Positions 1 to 10,691 of a stretch of 64,000 nucleotides of DNA are shown here, in pieces. Source of the DNA: a virus (Duplodnaviria > Caudoviricetes); IMG/VR virus record IMGVR_UViG_3300042301_004035. The stretch is one strand, 5' to 3'. The position numbers and the translations under genes were made by a program. The notes under the pieces are model-generated. The model saw only the letters and a program-made list of their open reading frames with translations. It did no database searches and was not told the origin of the DNA. The stretch's first letter is position 1. Each line of letters opens with the position of its first letter.

Positions 1-431
1 CCTTTTCCTTTTTCGCTTTTGCTAGTTAAAATTTGCATCATCAATGTACTCGGGTCAATATCTCCAAGCCCGATTCTTGCCAATTGTGATCTTTGAAGAT
101 CGGTTGCAGAAGTTAATCTTGTTTGAAGATTTTCTAATACAGAACCCGCTTGAGAAAATCTAGTATCATAAAATTCAGAACCAAGTTTTGATGCCCCATA
201 TCTTAGTTCTGTATAATCTGTTAATAAAAATTTTTTAGCTTCCAAGAAAGCTTCACCAGGAGTGTCAAACTTTTCTCCACTAACTGATGATACATAACTA
301 AATCTTCCAGTAGTTGGATCTTTATCAACTCTTGCTGCGCCTGTTCTACCAAGCTCAGTTCTAGCCATGCCGGCTCTAGCAGCATACTCGGCTTTTCTAG
401 GATTATTAAATAGTTCGTTTATTGGTATCAT
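1..431 (-). CDS. Partial hypothetical (probably virion) protein running off the window edge
   Basis: ATG at 431 overlaps the TAA of the tape measure gene (TAATG coupling); open frame MIPINELFNNPRKAEYAARAGMARTELGRTGAARVDKDP... continues to base 1; not in the ORF track. Confidence 0.8.
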   Translation of the reverse strand, partial: MIPINELFNNPRKAEYAARAGMARTELGRTGAARVDKDPTTGRFSYVSSVSGEKFDTPGEAFLEAKKFLLTDYTELRYGASKLGSEFYDTRFSQAGSVLENLQTRLTSATDLQRSQLARIGLGDIDPSTLMMQILTSKSEKGK

Positions 432-3400
432 TACCTAACACCTGCTGAAATATCAATGCTGCTTGATCCAAAAGTATTTGCTACTGGAGTAATTGTTCCA
501 GATACACCGGAGCCACTAAGAAGTCTTCTTAACTTTCCAAGTATATCATCTTTATTTTCTTGCCTATTAAATTGAGGGAAAGCTGGATTTGCTAAATTTG
601 CTTCTTTTATCTGTTGTGGATAGTAACCCATCTGCGACATTTCAAGACCCATGTTTTGACCTATCTTAACTTTTACATGATCTAGATTAGTATTCGGATG
701 CCAACCTTCCCAATTCAAATCTGGCAATTCGTGCCTACTAAAGTACTCTGCCAAATCAGGCTTATCTTCGACTGGCATCCCCCATGCTGCTTGATATATT
801 CTTCTTTCTAATCTGCCAGAAGTAGACAATATAGCTTTGCGTTCAGATTCTGGAGCATTAATCATTTCTGCAAAGTGTTCTCTTTTTCTTTTTGGTATTG
901 CCAAAGAAAGAGTTTCTACTGGAGCACCATATATATCAGCTCCATACATAGTTCTTTTTGCGGCTTGTCTATATTGATTTGCTTCAAACCCACTACCAGA
1001 TTGTTGCGCCATAGAAGCCAACCTAGAATATTTAACATAGTTTAACATGTCAGTATATTCTTCAAGCGCTAATTCTTTTTTTCTTACCTTAGGAATAAAT
1101 CTTTCTCCAGTTATTGCCTCTCTAGCATTGTCATATGTAGACGCAAACAAGCCAGTTGCTGCCCCAACAAAACCACCAAAAGCTCTTCCTCTAGCAGTCC
1201 TACCAAAGGCTGTGCCAACAGCCAGCAAAGTTGCAGAAGCAGTTAGTGGATCTCTCTGTGTAGCTTTGTATGCCATTGGTTTAATGAAGCTTTCGAAAGG
1301 CCTTTGCCACTGAGGAAAAGTAGAACCATAAACATTTCTTCTTTCCCAATCTTCTTGAGCTGTCCTATCTTGCCAAAATTTAGTATTAAAAATTGTGTCT
1401 CTATGCGCTAAATATTCTTTTGTTCTTTCAAATTTATATCTTCTATCTGATATACCTAATTCAGAAGCTGTTTTGTCTTTGTATTCATATCTACTAAAAT
1501 TATATTTTTTAGTTGTTTGCTCTACTCTATTTCTTATCTCTTGAACTTTTATCCTTTGATCCGGAGAAAGATTTTTTGAATCTACAGAAGCATTTAATTG
1601 CTTAAATTGATTTGAGTACGGGGCAACATCAGCCAATATACTTAGCTGATCAACCAAGCCATATCTGCCTGTTTCATCAGAATTTAATGTATTAAATCTT
1701 TCATAACCTTTGCCAGGCAACCTTAGTTCACCTTCTGCAATTCGCGTAAAAGGATCACCTCTTGTGAAGTCGGTAAAATATTCTGCGCCTGGCAAGAACG
1801 GGTATTGCTCTCCCATAGTGTTTTTTATTGGATTTAGATAATCTACTCCTGATCTTTCTTTAGGAATAAATCTTCTTACTATTTCCGAAAATTCTAAGTT
1901 ACCCAAGGCACCTTGTGCTGGGAGAGGAAGGTCGCCAGCACCACCAAGATTGAGATCCCAAAATGCTCTTGTTACTCCATATGCTTTTGAAGCAGACTGC
2001 AAAGTTGCCCTATCTGGCTGGTAGTCGCCTTGACCAAAGCCAAATTTTTCTCTAAGAGAAGAAAAACCGAAACCGTAAATACCAGCCATTTCTTGAGTTG
2101 TGTATCCTAGATTACCCATTTGCATTTGCAATGCACCAGGTGACAAAGGTGAACCAGTAGGAACTATTTGTGCTGGCATTACCCCACGTTGTTTTGTCGG
2201 ACCGTATGCCATTTGCATTAATGGTTCGTTCAACCCAGCTATTGTTCCTTTTGTTAATCTTCCAGCTGTGTATAACGGAGTGCCACCAGCTGATCCATAG
2301 CTTGCATTAGAAGCTGATATCATTCCAGGCCCAGCTCCGGTTCCACCGCCGCCGCCACGACCACCAATTCCACCACCAGGAGAAGTTAAATACGGTGTTG
2401 CATTATAGGCGCCTGCTTGACCTGCTTGAACATAGTTTTGCAAACCTTGTGTTAATTCCTGTTCATGCATTAATACTTGTGGTTTTAGAATTCTTCCAAG
2501 AGTCGCGTTTAATAGTGGTACAGCCGGACCAAACGGACCAGAAAAATATTCTCCAGTTACAGGATATGGTCTATCCTCAAAGTGTTTTCTTTCAAACCTA
2601 TAAGGGTCTATCGGTCTTAGTGGAGAAATATCATTGTAGTACAAGAATTTTTCCATCGGACTTCCATAAGTGTCCGAAGTAAACATTGCTCCACCTTGCA
2701 ATTTCCTATACCAGGACGGTCTGTAATACTGAACTTTTCCTCCAGCAAATGGTGTGTTGCCAAGCGGCCAAAAACGACCCTGCCTTATGGGGACAAGTCC
2801 TTCTGTTAGTTGTTCTTTTTTATCTTCATAAGTATCACCACCAGGTGTAATACCAGAAAGAATTGACCTTGCTTCAACTACTCCACGAGCTGCTTTAGTT
2901 GTGAAAAACGGTGAATAAACTCTTTCTCCATCTTTATCTTTTGGCTGACTATACCCACCTATTGTCCTGTCCACTGTCATCGCTGTTGTTCCAGCCGCAA
3001 AAATAGGAAGAACTCTTTTGCCAACCATACCACGCATATACAAATCAAGAGGACCATTAAACCTAGATGTATCTAGTTGCATTCCTAGCGTGCCGAAATA
3101 TCTATTCAAACGCTCAACACCTTGAGAAACTGCAGTCCCGGCTACAGAATAATCTTGCGGATTTTTATAAGTGCCAACTCCTAATGCACTTTTGATTGCT
3201 CCAAATGGATTTTTATCAAAAACAGTTCCAAACGTTGGTACAAAAGTAATAGATTGGCCAGAACCCAATGGGTCTATGCTAAATTCACTTGGCTTAAATG
3301 CCGCTGTTCCAAATTTTCTTCTGCCCAAAGGTGACAGTGCATTGAACGGCCTTCTTAGATTGCTAGCTATTAAAGACTCTGTTCCACGCGTAAATGGGTC

Positions 3401-6400
3401 AAACAATGACCTAGCTGCTGCTCCGCCGGAAGAACTAGATGTGGTGAGACTTAATAAAGCTTCAACTGCATTTCTTGCATTTTGTTCAGAAGAAATAGAT
3501 TGATTAAAAGTTCTGTACGCACTGATATTAAATAGCGTTGAAAGTGCTGCCGCTTGTGCTTCTGCGTACTTTGAGGCTGGCATAGATTTTTTTAAGTTTG
3601 TTAATACATTTTGTATACTAACGAACATGCTCTCGGTGCTAGATCCACCCTGCCCCAGGACTGCGTTTGTTTGCGAAACATATCTAAATATTTCGTTTTT
3701 TAATTCATCAAGTCTAGTTGTGATTGTCGATGATTTACTTGAAGACAATGAGGCGGCAGCTAAGTCAGAATCTTTAACTATGTTTCTTATTCTTGAATAA
3801 GATTCTTCTAAGAACCTTGTATCAATTCCTCTTTCTCTAGCTTGCGCAGAGAGCAACGGCTTCATTTCTTCTAGTCGAGCAACCACATCTCTTGCTTGCT
3901 GAGCGGTTCTGACTTCTGATACTCTACCTAAACCAGGTCTTGTAAAGGTTTGAGGGGCTGCTTCCTCAAGCTCCTTCATTACATCATCTGTGTAGCCGTA
4001 ACCAAAAGTTCTTTTTCTGAATATATCAGCGCCTTTTAGTATTTCAGATTCACTATATGTGCTGCTAACTTTTCCAGTTGAATCTATTAAATTATATCTG
4101 TCGCCAGTTCTATCTAATTTAAATGCTTTTCTAGTTCCACCCTCTTTCATCATCACTTCTTCGCCACTTAAAAGGCGAGACATAACTTGAGGGTTATTTA
4201 TATCTTGAGATCTATTGCGGAACCTTGAGAGCAAGCCAAACAATGAGTTTGGTTGATCAGCATCAATGTCCATTGCATTTTTAAATCGTCTTGACCTTTC
4301 AGAATTACCTAAGACAAAATCTAAAAACTTTGAACCAGATTGTCCATCTATGTCATAGGCAGGTGTCCCAGGCATGCCAGCAGCAAAGCGTGCATGCTTG
4401 GTGAGCATTTCAGTACTTCTAGTTGGCAATGGTCGGTAAGTTCCCCTTAGCGTTTCTCCAAAAGTTTCTCCAGAAAATTCATTTGTTGAATAAGAAGTTA
4501 TTTTACCTTTAGTTCCCTTGGTAGCATGCCAGATGTGAAAGTCTGCTCTGCTACCAGGAAGATCGCCAAATGGTTGAACTGTTGATCCAGGTGAATACTG
4601 TAGTGGTCCTTTTTGTGCCATTTCGGCAAATGACCTGCGACCAAACAAATCTGCTGGGTTAAGTTTAATGATAGGTATGTGTAGGTCTGAGGCGAAGAAA
4701 TTCGCAACGTTTTTAAATGTTGTTTTGATTGAGCTAAAATCTAACGTTTGTCCAGACCTTGTTTGGTAAACTCCTTCTAGTTTATTGAAACCTATAGACT
4801 TAGATACTGGGTCATCTATAGCCATTCTTCCAGCTAGATTTTTTATTATAGATTGTTCTCTATCGGGCAGGTGTGCAAACTTGCCCTTGTCTATCGCTTC
4901 GCTTATCAAAAGCGGCTTCATGCCAAAGAGATTAAAGTTTCCTTCAAATATTCCTGACGTTATTTTTTTGTTTCTAATTAAAAAAGATTTTAAATTTGTA
5001 AAATCGTTTGGATCAAATCCCCTATTAGCCAAACCACTTCTGACTATATCTTCGGATACCATCCTTCCTTCTAAATCTTTTAATGGTATCCCTAATACTT
5101 GAGCTGTTTTTCTTTGTAGGAATTGTTTTTTTGCGCTGTTTAACGGACCAACAAAATCTTGATACACAGCTTTTTCTGGTTTTAGAATAGAAGAAGCGCG
5201 GTCAACTAAATCGTTTCTGGACATTGAAGTCCATTGGTTTTTAATTTTTAGTTTTACACCATGCTGGAATTCTTTGCTAGTAAAATATGTATTAGTTTCT
5301 TCTATAACTTCTTTTAAGAATTGATCTGATGTTTTTCCTGCCCCTGCAACATTTGCTAAAGCTGTTTCATAGTCTTTTCCACCTTTAACGCCCTTAAGTC
5401 TCTCAAGCAGTATGTCAAAGTAGCTCTCTTCATCTGCATGGATTTTCATCTTTCCAATTGAAATCATATTGGTCGGATGTGTTTTGACTCCTGGACTTAT
5501 AACTTTAAGTTGATTAACAAAATTATCAGTTTCTTTTGGGTCTAAACCTTTAGACGAAAGTCTTTGGCTTAAAAGTTTTTTGTATTCAGTTTGTTGTTGA
5601 CCCAGATAAAATTCAGACCTAGTAAAACTTGAATCCCCAGGACCACCTGCACCCCAGATTGATATCTGATTGGCCATCTTAGATAGCCTGCTAGAATACT
5701 GTGCCTGTATCTTTTGCATCGCAGTAACTACATCTGCCGACCTTGGACTAGAAGAAGATAACGCTCTTGAATGCTCTATCGAATTTTGTAAGGCGTCGTA
5801 AGCCTTTCCATAGACCCTAAACTGTTGTGTCCCTGCCCTTATTCCTGCGTTTAAACCCCTAAACGCTGGTATAGTATCTATTATTCCAGGAGCAATATCT
5901 CCCTCAGAGGTTTTAACGCCAAATGCGAGGGCTTTAGCATAATTGGTAGCTCTCTTCATCCCCGGGTCTCTAGCCCCTCTAGAGGCCTCGTAGGCGGCTC
6001 TGGCGCCCTTCCTAGCCTTGTGCAGGGCATCTACGAATCTAGGTTGCTCGTTGGCTCCCATAGCTGTTGTAGCAGCGTTAAATGCCCCTGAGGATTGAGC
6101 TGACTTTTTTAAGAATGCATTCCCAGCGGTGGCCATATCATGGCCGACTTCTCCAAGAACTTCAGTTAAGTTTACAAACCCTTTTGCTGCCTTTTCTTTT
6201 ATCGGGCTTAAGTCCGATATGCTGGCCATAGAATATTTAAAAGTATTCATCGAGCTCTTAGATGCATTAAGAGCTGCTCCACCACCTTCGAATGGCAAGA
6301 TCATTGTCGCCATTGTTGTCACTGATGTTTTTACAAAGTCGCTTACAACATCAACAGGATTGTACCAGTTTATTTTTTTTCTGTTATCGTCTTTTCCAAA

Positions 6401-6997
6401 GAGTGGATCTGTGACCATTCTTTGTGCGCCCCATAGGGCTGGAAGTTCGTACGGCATTCTTCTGCCGACTCTAATCATCCTTTGTTGGAGGTCTTCTTTC
6501 AGACCCCAAATTGCAGCTGGCTCTGAAGTTAACCCTCTACCAGCTTGATCTAATTCATTCTTTGAAAATGAATAACCAAAATTTTCAAAAGCTCCGTGTC
6601 TAGACCCAAGGTAACCAGTTGTTAATTCATCACCAGCTTGAAAGACTAATTTTTCATATGGATCGTTTACGCCATCGATTGCCCTTTTAACACCCTGTAA
6701 ATTATCAAGATGTCTTCTAACATCTATCATGTCTTTAATTAAAGACGTTTGACCAGATTCTTCTATTTTTTGGGCTAACTTAAGGCCACCCTTCCTGAGC
6801 ATCGCTGCGCCAACGCCAGCAACAAGCATCGTTGTTCCTGCGTGCGCAAAGAAGCGCATAACAGGATGGCCACCTAAGGCTTTTGAAACCGCACCGCTAT
6901 CTTGGGAAATGCCTTCTGTTTCACCCTCGTTAAGAGGTATGTCGCGAGACGTTACACCATTACCCAAGTTATGTAATGGACCACGATCTCTAATCAA
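431..6997 (-). CDS. Tape measure protein-like large virion protein (2188 aa)
   Basis: Very long Ala/Gly/Ser-rich helical ORF with an N-terminal hydrophobic segment, directly downstream of tube and chaperone genes; AGGAG RBS before the TTG start. Confidence 0.7.
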   Translation of the reverse strand: MIRDRGPLHNLGNGVTSRDIPLNEGETEGISQDSGAVSKALGGHPVMRFFAHAGTTMLVAGVGAAMLRKGGLKLAQKIEESGQTSLIKDMIDVRRHLDNLQGVKRAIDGVNDPYEKLVFQAGDELTTGYLGSRHGAFENFGYSFSKNELDQAGRGLTSEPAAIWGLKEDLQQRMIRVGRRMPYELPALWGAQRMVTDPLFGKDDNRKKINWYNPVDVVSDFVKTSVTTMATMILPFEGGGAALNASKSSMNTFKYSMASISDLSPIKEKAAKGFVNLTEVLGEVGHDMATAGNAFLKKSAQSSGAFNAATTAMGANEQPRFVDALHKARKGARAAYEASRGARDPGMKRATNYAKALAFGVKTSEGDIAPGIIDTIPAFRGLNAGIRAGTQQFRVYGKAYDALQNSIEHSRALSSSSPRSADVVTAMQKIQAQYSSRLSKMANQISIWGAGGPGDSSFTRSEFYLGQQQTEYKKLLSQRLSSKGLDPKETDNFVNQLKVISPGVKTHPTNMISIGKMKIHADEESYFDILLERLKGVKGGKDYETALANVAGAGKTSDQFLKEVIEETNTYFTSKEFQHGVKLKIKNQWTSMSRNDLVDRASSILKPEKAVYQDFVGPLNSAKKQFLQRKTAQVLGIPLKDLEGRMVSEDIVRSGLANRGFDPNDFTNLKSFLIRNKKITSGIFEGNFNLFGMKPLLISEAIDKGKFAHLPDREQSIIKNLAGRMAIDDPVSKSIGFNKLEGVYQTRSGQTLDFSSIKTTFKNVANFFASDLHIPIIKLNPADLFGRRSFAEMAQKGPLQYSPGSTVQPFGDLPGSRADFHIWHATKGTKGKITSYSTNEFSGETFGETLRGTYRPLPTRSTEMLTKHARFAAGMPGTPAYDIDGQSGSKFLDFVLGNSERSRRFKNAMDIDADQPNSLFGLLSRFRNRSQDINNPQVMSRLLSGEEVMMKEGGTRKAFKLDRTGDRYNLIDSTGKVSSTYSESEILKGADIFRKRTFGYGYTDDVMKELEEAAPQTFTRPGLGRVSEVRTAQQARDVVARLEEMKPLLSAQARERGIDTRFLEESYSRIRNIVKDSDLAAASLSSSKSSTITTRLDELKNEIFRYVSQTNAVLGQGGSSTESMFVSIQNVLTNLKKSMPASKYAEAQAAALSTLFNISAYRTFNQSISSEQNARNAVEALLSLTTSSSSGGAAARSLFDPFTRGTESLIASNLRRPFNALSPLGRRKFGTAAFKPSEFSIDPLGSGQSITFVPTFGTVFDKNPFGAIKSALGVGTYKNPQDYSVAGTAVSQGVERLNRYFGTLGMQLDTSRFNGPLDLYMRGMVGKRVLPIFAAGTTAMTVDRTIGGYSQPKDKDGERVYSPFFTTKAARGVVEARSILSGITPGGDTYEDKKEQLTEGLVPIRQGRFWPLGNTPFAGGKVQYYRPSWYRKLQGGAMFTSDTYGSPMEKFLYYNDISPLRPIDPYRFERKHFEDRPYPVTGEYFSGPFGPAVPLLNATLGRILKPQVLMHEQELTQGLQNYVQAGQAGAYNATPYLTSPGGGIGGRGGGGGTGAGPGMISASNASYGSAGGTPLYTAGRLTKGTIAGLNEPLMQMAYGPTKQRGVMPAQIVPTGSPLSPGALQMQMGNLGYTTQEMAGIYGFGFSSLREKFGFGQGDYQPDRATLQSASKAYGVTRAFWDLNLGGAGDLPLPAQGALGNLEFSEIVRRFIPKERSGVDYLNPIKNTMGEQYPFLPGAEYFTDFTRGDPFTRIAEGELRLPGKGYERFNTLNSDETGRYGLVDQLSILADVAPYSNQFKQLNASVDSKNLSPDQRIKVQEIRNRVEQTTKKYNFSRYEYKDKTASELGISDRRYKFERTKEYLAHRDTIFNTKFWQDRTAQEDWERRNVYGSTFPQWQRPFESFIKPMAYKATQRDPLTASATLLAVGTAFGRTARGRAFGGFVGAATGLFASTYDNAREAITGERFIPKVRKKELALEEYTDMLNYVKYSRLASMAQQSGSGFEANQYRQAAKRTMYGADIYGAPVETLSLAIPKRKREHFAEMINAPESERKAILSTSGRLERRIYQAAWGMPVEDKPDLAEYFSRHELPDLNWEGWHPNTNLDHVKVKIGQNMGLEMSQMGYYPQQIKEANLANPAFPQFNRQENKDDILGKLRRLLSGSGVSGTITPVANTFGSSSIDISAGVR

Positions 6998-7009
6998 GAC
7001 TTTCTCCTG

Positions 7010-7636
7010 TTACTTTAATCCCCATAATTTTTGAGCAATGGGGTCTGAATAACTAGCTTCTCCTTCTTTCTTAGAAAGATTATGTCTAGCTTCACTGGTT
7101 TTTTTCTTCTCTATTTCTTCTTCTGGATCAATTAATTGAAGGTTGATATTTGTTGGCTCAACGCCATTTATACTTTGTTGTATTTCAATAATTTTTTCAG
7201 ATAGTGCAACGTTTTCTGCTAACTGAGAAAAGGTCATCCCATCTAAATCTTTAGGGTTATACGTATGTATAGTAGCGAGAACAAAAGCTTTCATTAAACT
7301 TCTAACTTCGTTAGCTTTCTCTCTTTTATCCTCTAGTATTTTTTTGGCTATTTTGGCGGAATAGAAACCAGATACGTCGACTATCTGCTGCGACAAGGAA
7401 GATATTAAACCAGGAGGCAAAGAATTAATATTAAAATCTTCAGGATAGATAACCGCAGCGCCGATAATAATATCTTCTATATCTACCGAAGAGTGGGCAT
7501 CCGAGTTTTTATACTCTATGATTTTGTCGTATTCTTCAAATGTTAATTCTCTGAAAAACACTTCTTGTTTTTTAACTAAAGTGCTAAAGATAGAACCATA
7601 TCTTTTTTTTAACTCATAGAGTTTTTCTGGATCCAT
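7010..7636 (-). CDS. Tail assembly chaperone-like protein
   Basis: Lies between tube genes and TMP; FFRELTFEEY...LPPGLISSLSQQIVDVSGF resembles the neighbouring paralogue. Confidence 0.5.
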   Translation of the reverse strand: MDPEKLYELKKRYGSIFSTLVKKQEVFFRELTFEEYDKIIEYKNSDAHSSVDIEDIIIGAAVIYPEDFNINSLPPGLISSLSQQIVDVSGFYSAKIAKKILEDKREKANEVRSLMKAFVLATIHTYNPKDLDGMTFSQLAENVALSEKIIEIQQSINGVEPTNINLQLIDPEEEIEKKKTSEARHNLSKKEGEASYSDPIAQKLWGLK

Positions 7637-7643
7637 AATTAAA

Positions 7644-8147
7644 TTATAATTGTCTGACCTCTAAGGCGACGAATCCCGATGCCTCTAAGACTTCTTGCGA
7701 AATCAAAGATGGAACTCCAGCCATAATGCCACCAGTATTATTTTTATCGTACTCAGGATACAGCATGCAGAGTTCCGATATGGCTTCTTCATTCCACATG
7801 TTAGCTTCTGCGGAAGATAGTTGGCCGGCTTGAACTAATTGCTCCATCTTCTTAACAAGATTCTTGTATTCTAATCTAGACAGAACTCTCCAAACAATGT
7901 GCTTATCAAAAGATAAAGAAGTTACATAAATATCTCCGTACACTTCTTTCCAATGCTTGATGATCCCGGCGGTTGGCCCACCTTCCCATATCTCCTGTTC
8001 GTCATCTAAATCTTCGACAGATTTTGATTCATCGTCAACCTGTGCCACCTCAACAGGCTCTGCGGTTATCTCTATAACTTCATCAACGTTGACTTCTTTT
8101 GCCATTTCAGGGTTTGTGGAAATGGAAACTTTTCTCTGCGTAGCCAT
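7644..8147 (-). CDS. Tail assembly chaperone-like protein
   Basis: Acidic; VWRVLSRLEYK...AGVPSLISQEVLEASGF similar to 7010..7636; typical gene position. Confidence 0.5.
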   Translation of the reverse strand: MATQRKVSISTNPEMAKEVNVDEVIEITAEPVEVAQVDDESKSVEDLDDEQEIWEGGPTAGIIKHWKEVYGDIYVTSLSFDKHIVWRVLSRLEYKNLVKKMEQLVQAGQLSSAEANMWNEEAISELCMLYPEYDKNNTGGIMAGVPSLISQEVLEASGFVALEVRQL

Positions 8148-8217
8148 AATATCTCCTTGTATTAAAACACTAGTTCACTTATCATTATACATTATATATA
8201 CAATATATTCAATATAT

Positions 8218-9147
8218 TTAATTTAAATTATTTGAAGACTGATCCGTTGCGGATTGTCCATTTCTTCCTTGATTAGTATCGGAAGTATTTTGAGTAGTTC
8301 CAGACTTGATAAAACCAAGATTTACTTCACTAAAATAAAGATCTCTGGCTATGAACTGATAGCTCTCAGCAACTGGTTGTCCACCTGTGCCGTAAGAAGT
8401 CGCCATGCCAAGAAGCTGTACTTCTTGCAGAACTATTTTCATTGGGTTAGCATTATTGTCAGTTCTTATTAATCTTTCATTTATATCTGACACAATCATT
8501 CTATCTAGATTGTCTGTTATAACTCCCCCTGTGGTGCCGCTGTAATCAAGCGGACTCATAGAGGCTTCTTGAGCGCCATAAAGAATGACAAAATTAAACG
8601 GTGGATGAGCACTAAAAATATTATGACCAGAATCTTTAGCGATTTTTGACAAAGGATCTGCTGTTATTCTGTCAAGCTGACTATAGGCCCAATATTTTTC
8701 TATGTTTTTTTGGTCATCAGCTGACTCTAATTTTGACCTTAAAGAAGAAACAACTCCACCCATACTCTCTTGCGGTGTAGGGTTCTTAACTCTTACCGAA
8801 GCTGCTTGCTCTATCAGGTCCGTCATTCTTCTAGGGTAACGAGTGTATATCGTAAATTCACCACTAACGATTCTTGTGCCATATAAGACTGTATCGTAAT
8901 TATAAGACCAGAAACCATATAGTGGTTGCTTTTCCTGTTTAATTGAATAACTAAAAGATGATATATCTAATTCATTTTCTGGTTCAAAAAGTCCATCAAC
9001 ATAAACCTTGATGTCTTCCCCGCCAAAATAGTAATCATAATAATTACTAAATCTTTTGTCTTTATTATCCCCAGCTAATCCACCAGACCAAACTGAATCT
9101 AAATTAGATAAAGGATTAAAATTTTCTTGATAATAACTATTTGACAC
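8218..9147 (-). CDS. Tail tube-like / baseplate hub protein (paralogue 3)
   Basis: FSYSIKQEKQPLYGFWS...GTRIVSGEFTI matches the tube-like motif of 9968..10669. Confidence 0.55.
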   Translation of the reverse strand: MSNSYYQENFNPLSNLDSVWSGGLAGDNKDKRFSNYYDYYFGGEDIKVYVDGLFEPENELDISSFSYSIKQEKQPLYGFWSYNYDTVLYGTRIVSGEFTIYTRYPRRMTDLIEQAASVRVKNPTPQESMGGVVSSLRSKLESADDQKNIEKYWAYSQLDRITADPLSKIAKDSGHNIFSAHPPFNFVILYGAQEASMSPLDYSGTTGGVITDNLDRMIVSDINERLIRTDNNANPMKIVLQEVQLLGMATSYGTGGQPVAESYQFIARDLYFSEVNLGFIKSGTTQNTSDTNQGRNGQSATDQSSNNLN

Positions 9148-9156
9148 TTTTTTTCC

Positions 9157-9888
9157 TTAAGAAATTATTTCATCTGTTATTAAATTAGAATACATGGCGG
9201 TTACGGTCTCGCCATTAACTGTATCCCCAAAAATATTTCTATTAATATTCAAAATATTATTTGTTTGTGCATCAGTCATATTACCATACTTTTCTTTTTC
9301 ATACGCCATATTAACCATGGGCTGTATACCTCTAGCCATGAACGTGTATGTTTGCTCTGTGATAAGGTCGTCTACGGACATAGTCTGGCCTTCATCTACT
9401 ATGGTCACGCCAAATATTTTCATCTTAGCTGCATTTCCATACTCATTAAAGAATGTCAATACAATATCAAAAGGTGGAAGCATGTCTGCTAATGGGGCAA
9501 AAAAACCATTGCTTCTAGCAAGGTATTCTTTGTATTGCTTTATTCTATAAAAAGCATATTCGTTAAACACCGTGAATATTAATGAGCCAGCGATAGTTCT
9601 GCCACCCTTAATAAACCCCCTAACATTAGAATGGCCCAACGTTCTAACTGGACTATTTTCCCTGTGTATTGAATAGGATATTGTTTGCAGTTCACCTATA
9701 TCTATAACGTCACCAGCACTGGTGATTCTACCATCTGGACCTATTTGAGGAATTATCATAGTGGCAACCGTATCGGCTCCCGAAAATGACATGTTGGAAA
9801 GTATTGATTTAAAATCAGTTGCTGGGTCGTATTCTGGTCTTACTTCAGAAAAACTAGAAATATTTGAAGTTTGATTTACTTCTTGCAT
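9157..9888 (-). CDS. Tail tube-like protein (paralogue 2)
   Basis: LQTISYSIHRENSPVRTLG...RGFIKGGRTIAGSLIFTVF and PPFDIVLTFFNEYG, shared with the next gene. Confidence 0.6.
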   Translation of the reverse strand: MQEVNQTSNISSFSEVRPEYDPATDFKSILSNMSFSGADTVATMIIPQIGPDGRITSAGDVIDIGELQTISYSIHRENSPVRTLGHSNVRGFIKGGRTIAGSLIFTVFNEYAFYRIKQYKEYLARSNGFFAPLADMLPPFDIVLTFFNEYGNAAKMKIFGVTIVDEGQTMSVDDLITEQTYTFMARGIQPMVNMAYEKEKYGNMTDAQTNNILNINRNIFGDTVNGETVTAMYSNLITDEIIS

Positions 9889-9915
9889 TTTTACCTAACC
9901 AGTCTTTTAAATAAA

Positions 9916-9943
9916 TAATGCATGGGTGTTACCCCATGCATTA
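9916..9943 (-). terminator. Rho-independent terminator after the tube gene
   Basis: Perfect 11-bp stem taatgcatggg/cccatgcatta with 6-nt loop, followed by TTTATTT on the minus strand. Confidence 0.75.
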
Positions 9944-9967
9944 CTCATAACTTGTAATTGTTTAAAA

Positions 9968-10669
9968 TTACGGACGGATAATATTTGAATTAAGCCCTGA
10001 GTTTGTTACTGCGTCTTGGCTCAAAATGTCATTAAGCTTAAGAGAACTTTGATCAGCTTCTTTGTCCACCTTGATGGCGTACATAGGGCCGAGCTCTCTA
10101 GCTACATAAGTCATTGTTTCTTCGATAACGATATCGTCCATCGAAGCTCCCGAACCTTCGTTCAAGAGTTCAACTCCGTAGATTGAGCGAACTGCTGCTT
10201 GTCCATATTCATTAACAAAAGTTACTGTAATGTCAAATGGTGGAATTTGGTCAGCGTAATAAGGAACCTTTTTAACAACGTCCTTGCTAAAATTACCAGC
10301 AGTTCCTAAACCAGCTATACCTCTACCTACTGACTGAGTATCACCTGGGAGTGTGTTATGTGCTCTGGTGTAGAACATTTGCTTTGAATCCTGTGATTCA
10401 TAATTCTTGTCCAACATTGTGTAAAGTGCTGGGCGATCAAAAACTGTAAAAATTAATGATCCAGCGATGCCACGCTTTCCTCTTGAGAAAGATCTTGGGT
10501 TTGGTGAACCCATTGTGTAAATAGGTGCTTTTTCTCTTGTTACAGAAAATGTAATTCCTGAAAGTGCGCCAATCTCTACTCCACCAAAAGTTGCAACTAT
10601 GTCTGCACCTGAAAATGTAGTATAAGTGTTAAGATATTTATTTACTGGGTTATATGATTCTGCTGCCAT
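9968..10669 (-). CDS. Major tail tube protein (putative)
   Basis: Directly after the sheath; LSGITFSVTREKAPIYTMGSPNPRSFSRGKRGIAGSLIF motif typical of jumbo-myovirus tube proteins; strong GGAGG RBS and own terminator. Confidence 0.7.
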   Translation of the reverse strand: MAAESYNPVNKYLNTYTTFSGADIVATFGGVEIGALSGITFSVTREKAPIYTMGSPNPRSFSRGKRGIAGSLIFTVFDRPALYTMLDKNYESQDSKQMFYTRAHNTLPGDTQSVGRGIAGLGTAGNFSKDVVKKVPYYADQIPPFDITVTFVNEYGQAAVRSIYGVELLNEGSGASMDDIVIEETMTYVARELGPMYAIKVDKEADQSSLKLNDILSQDAVTNSGLNSNIIRP

Positions 10670-10691
10670 TTGCTACCCTCCAACCGGTATA

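Noticed and set aside
7630-7660. Lambda G/GT-type -1 frameshift between the two chaperones
   Set aside because: No XXXYYYZ heptamer at the junction; each gene has its own start and they look like paralogues
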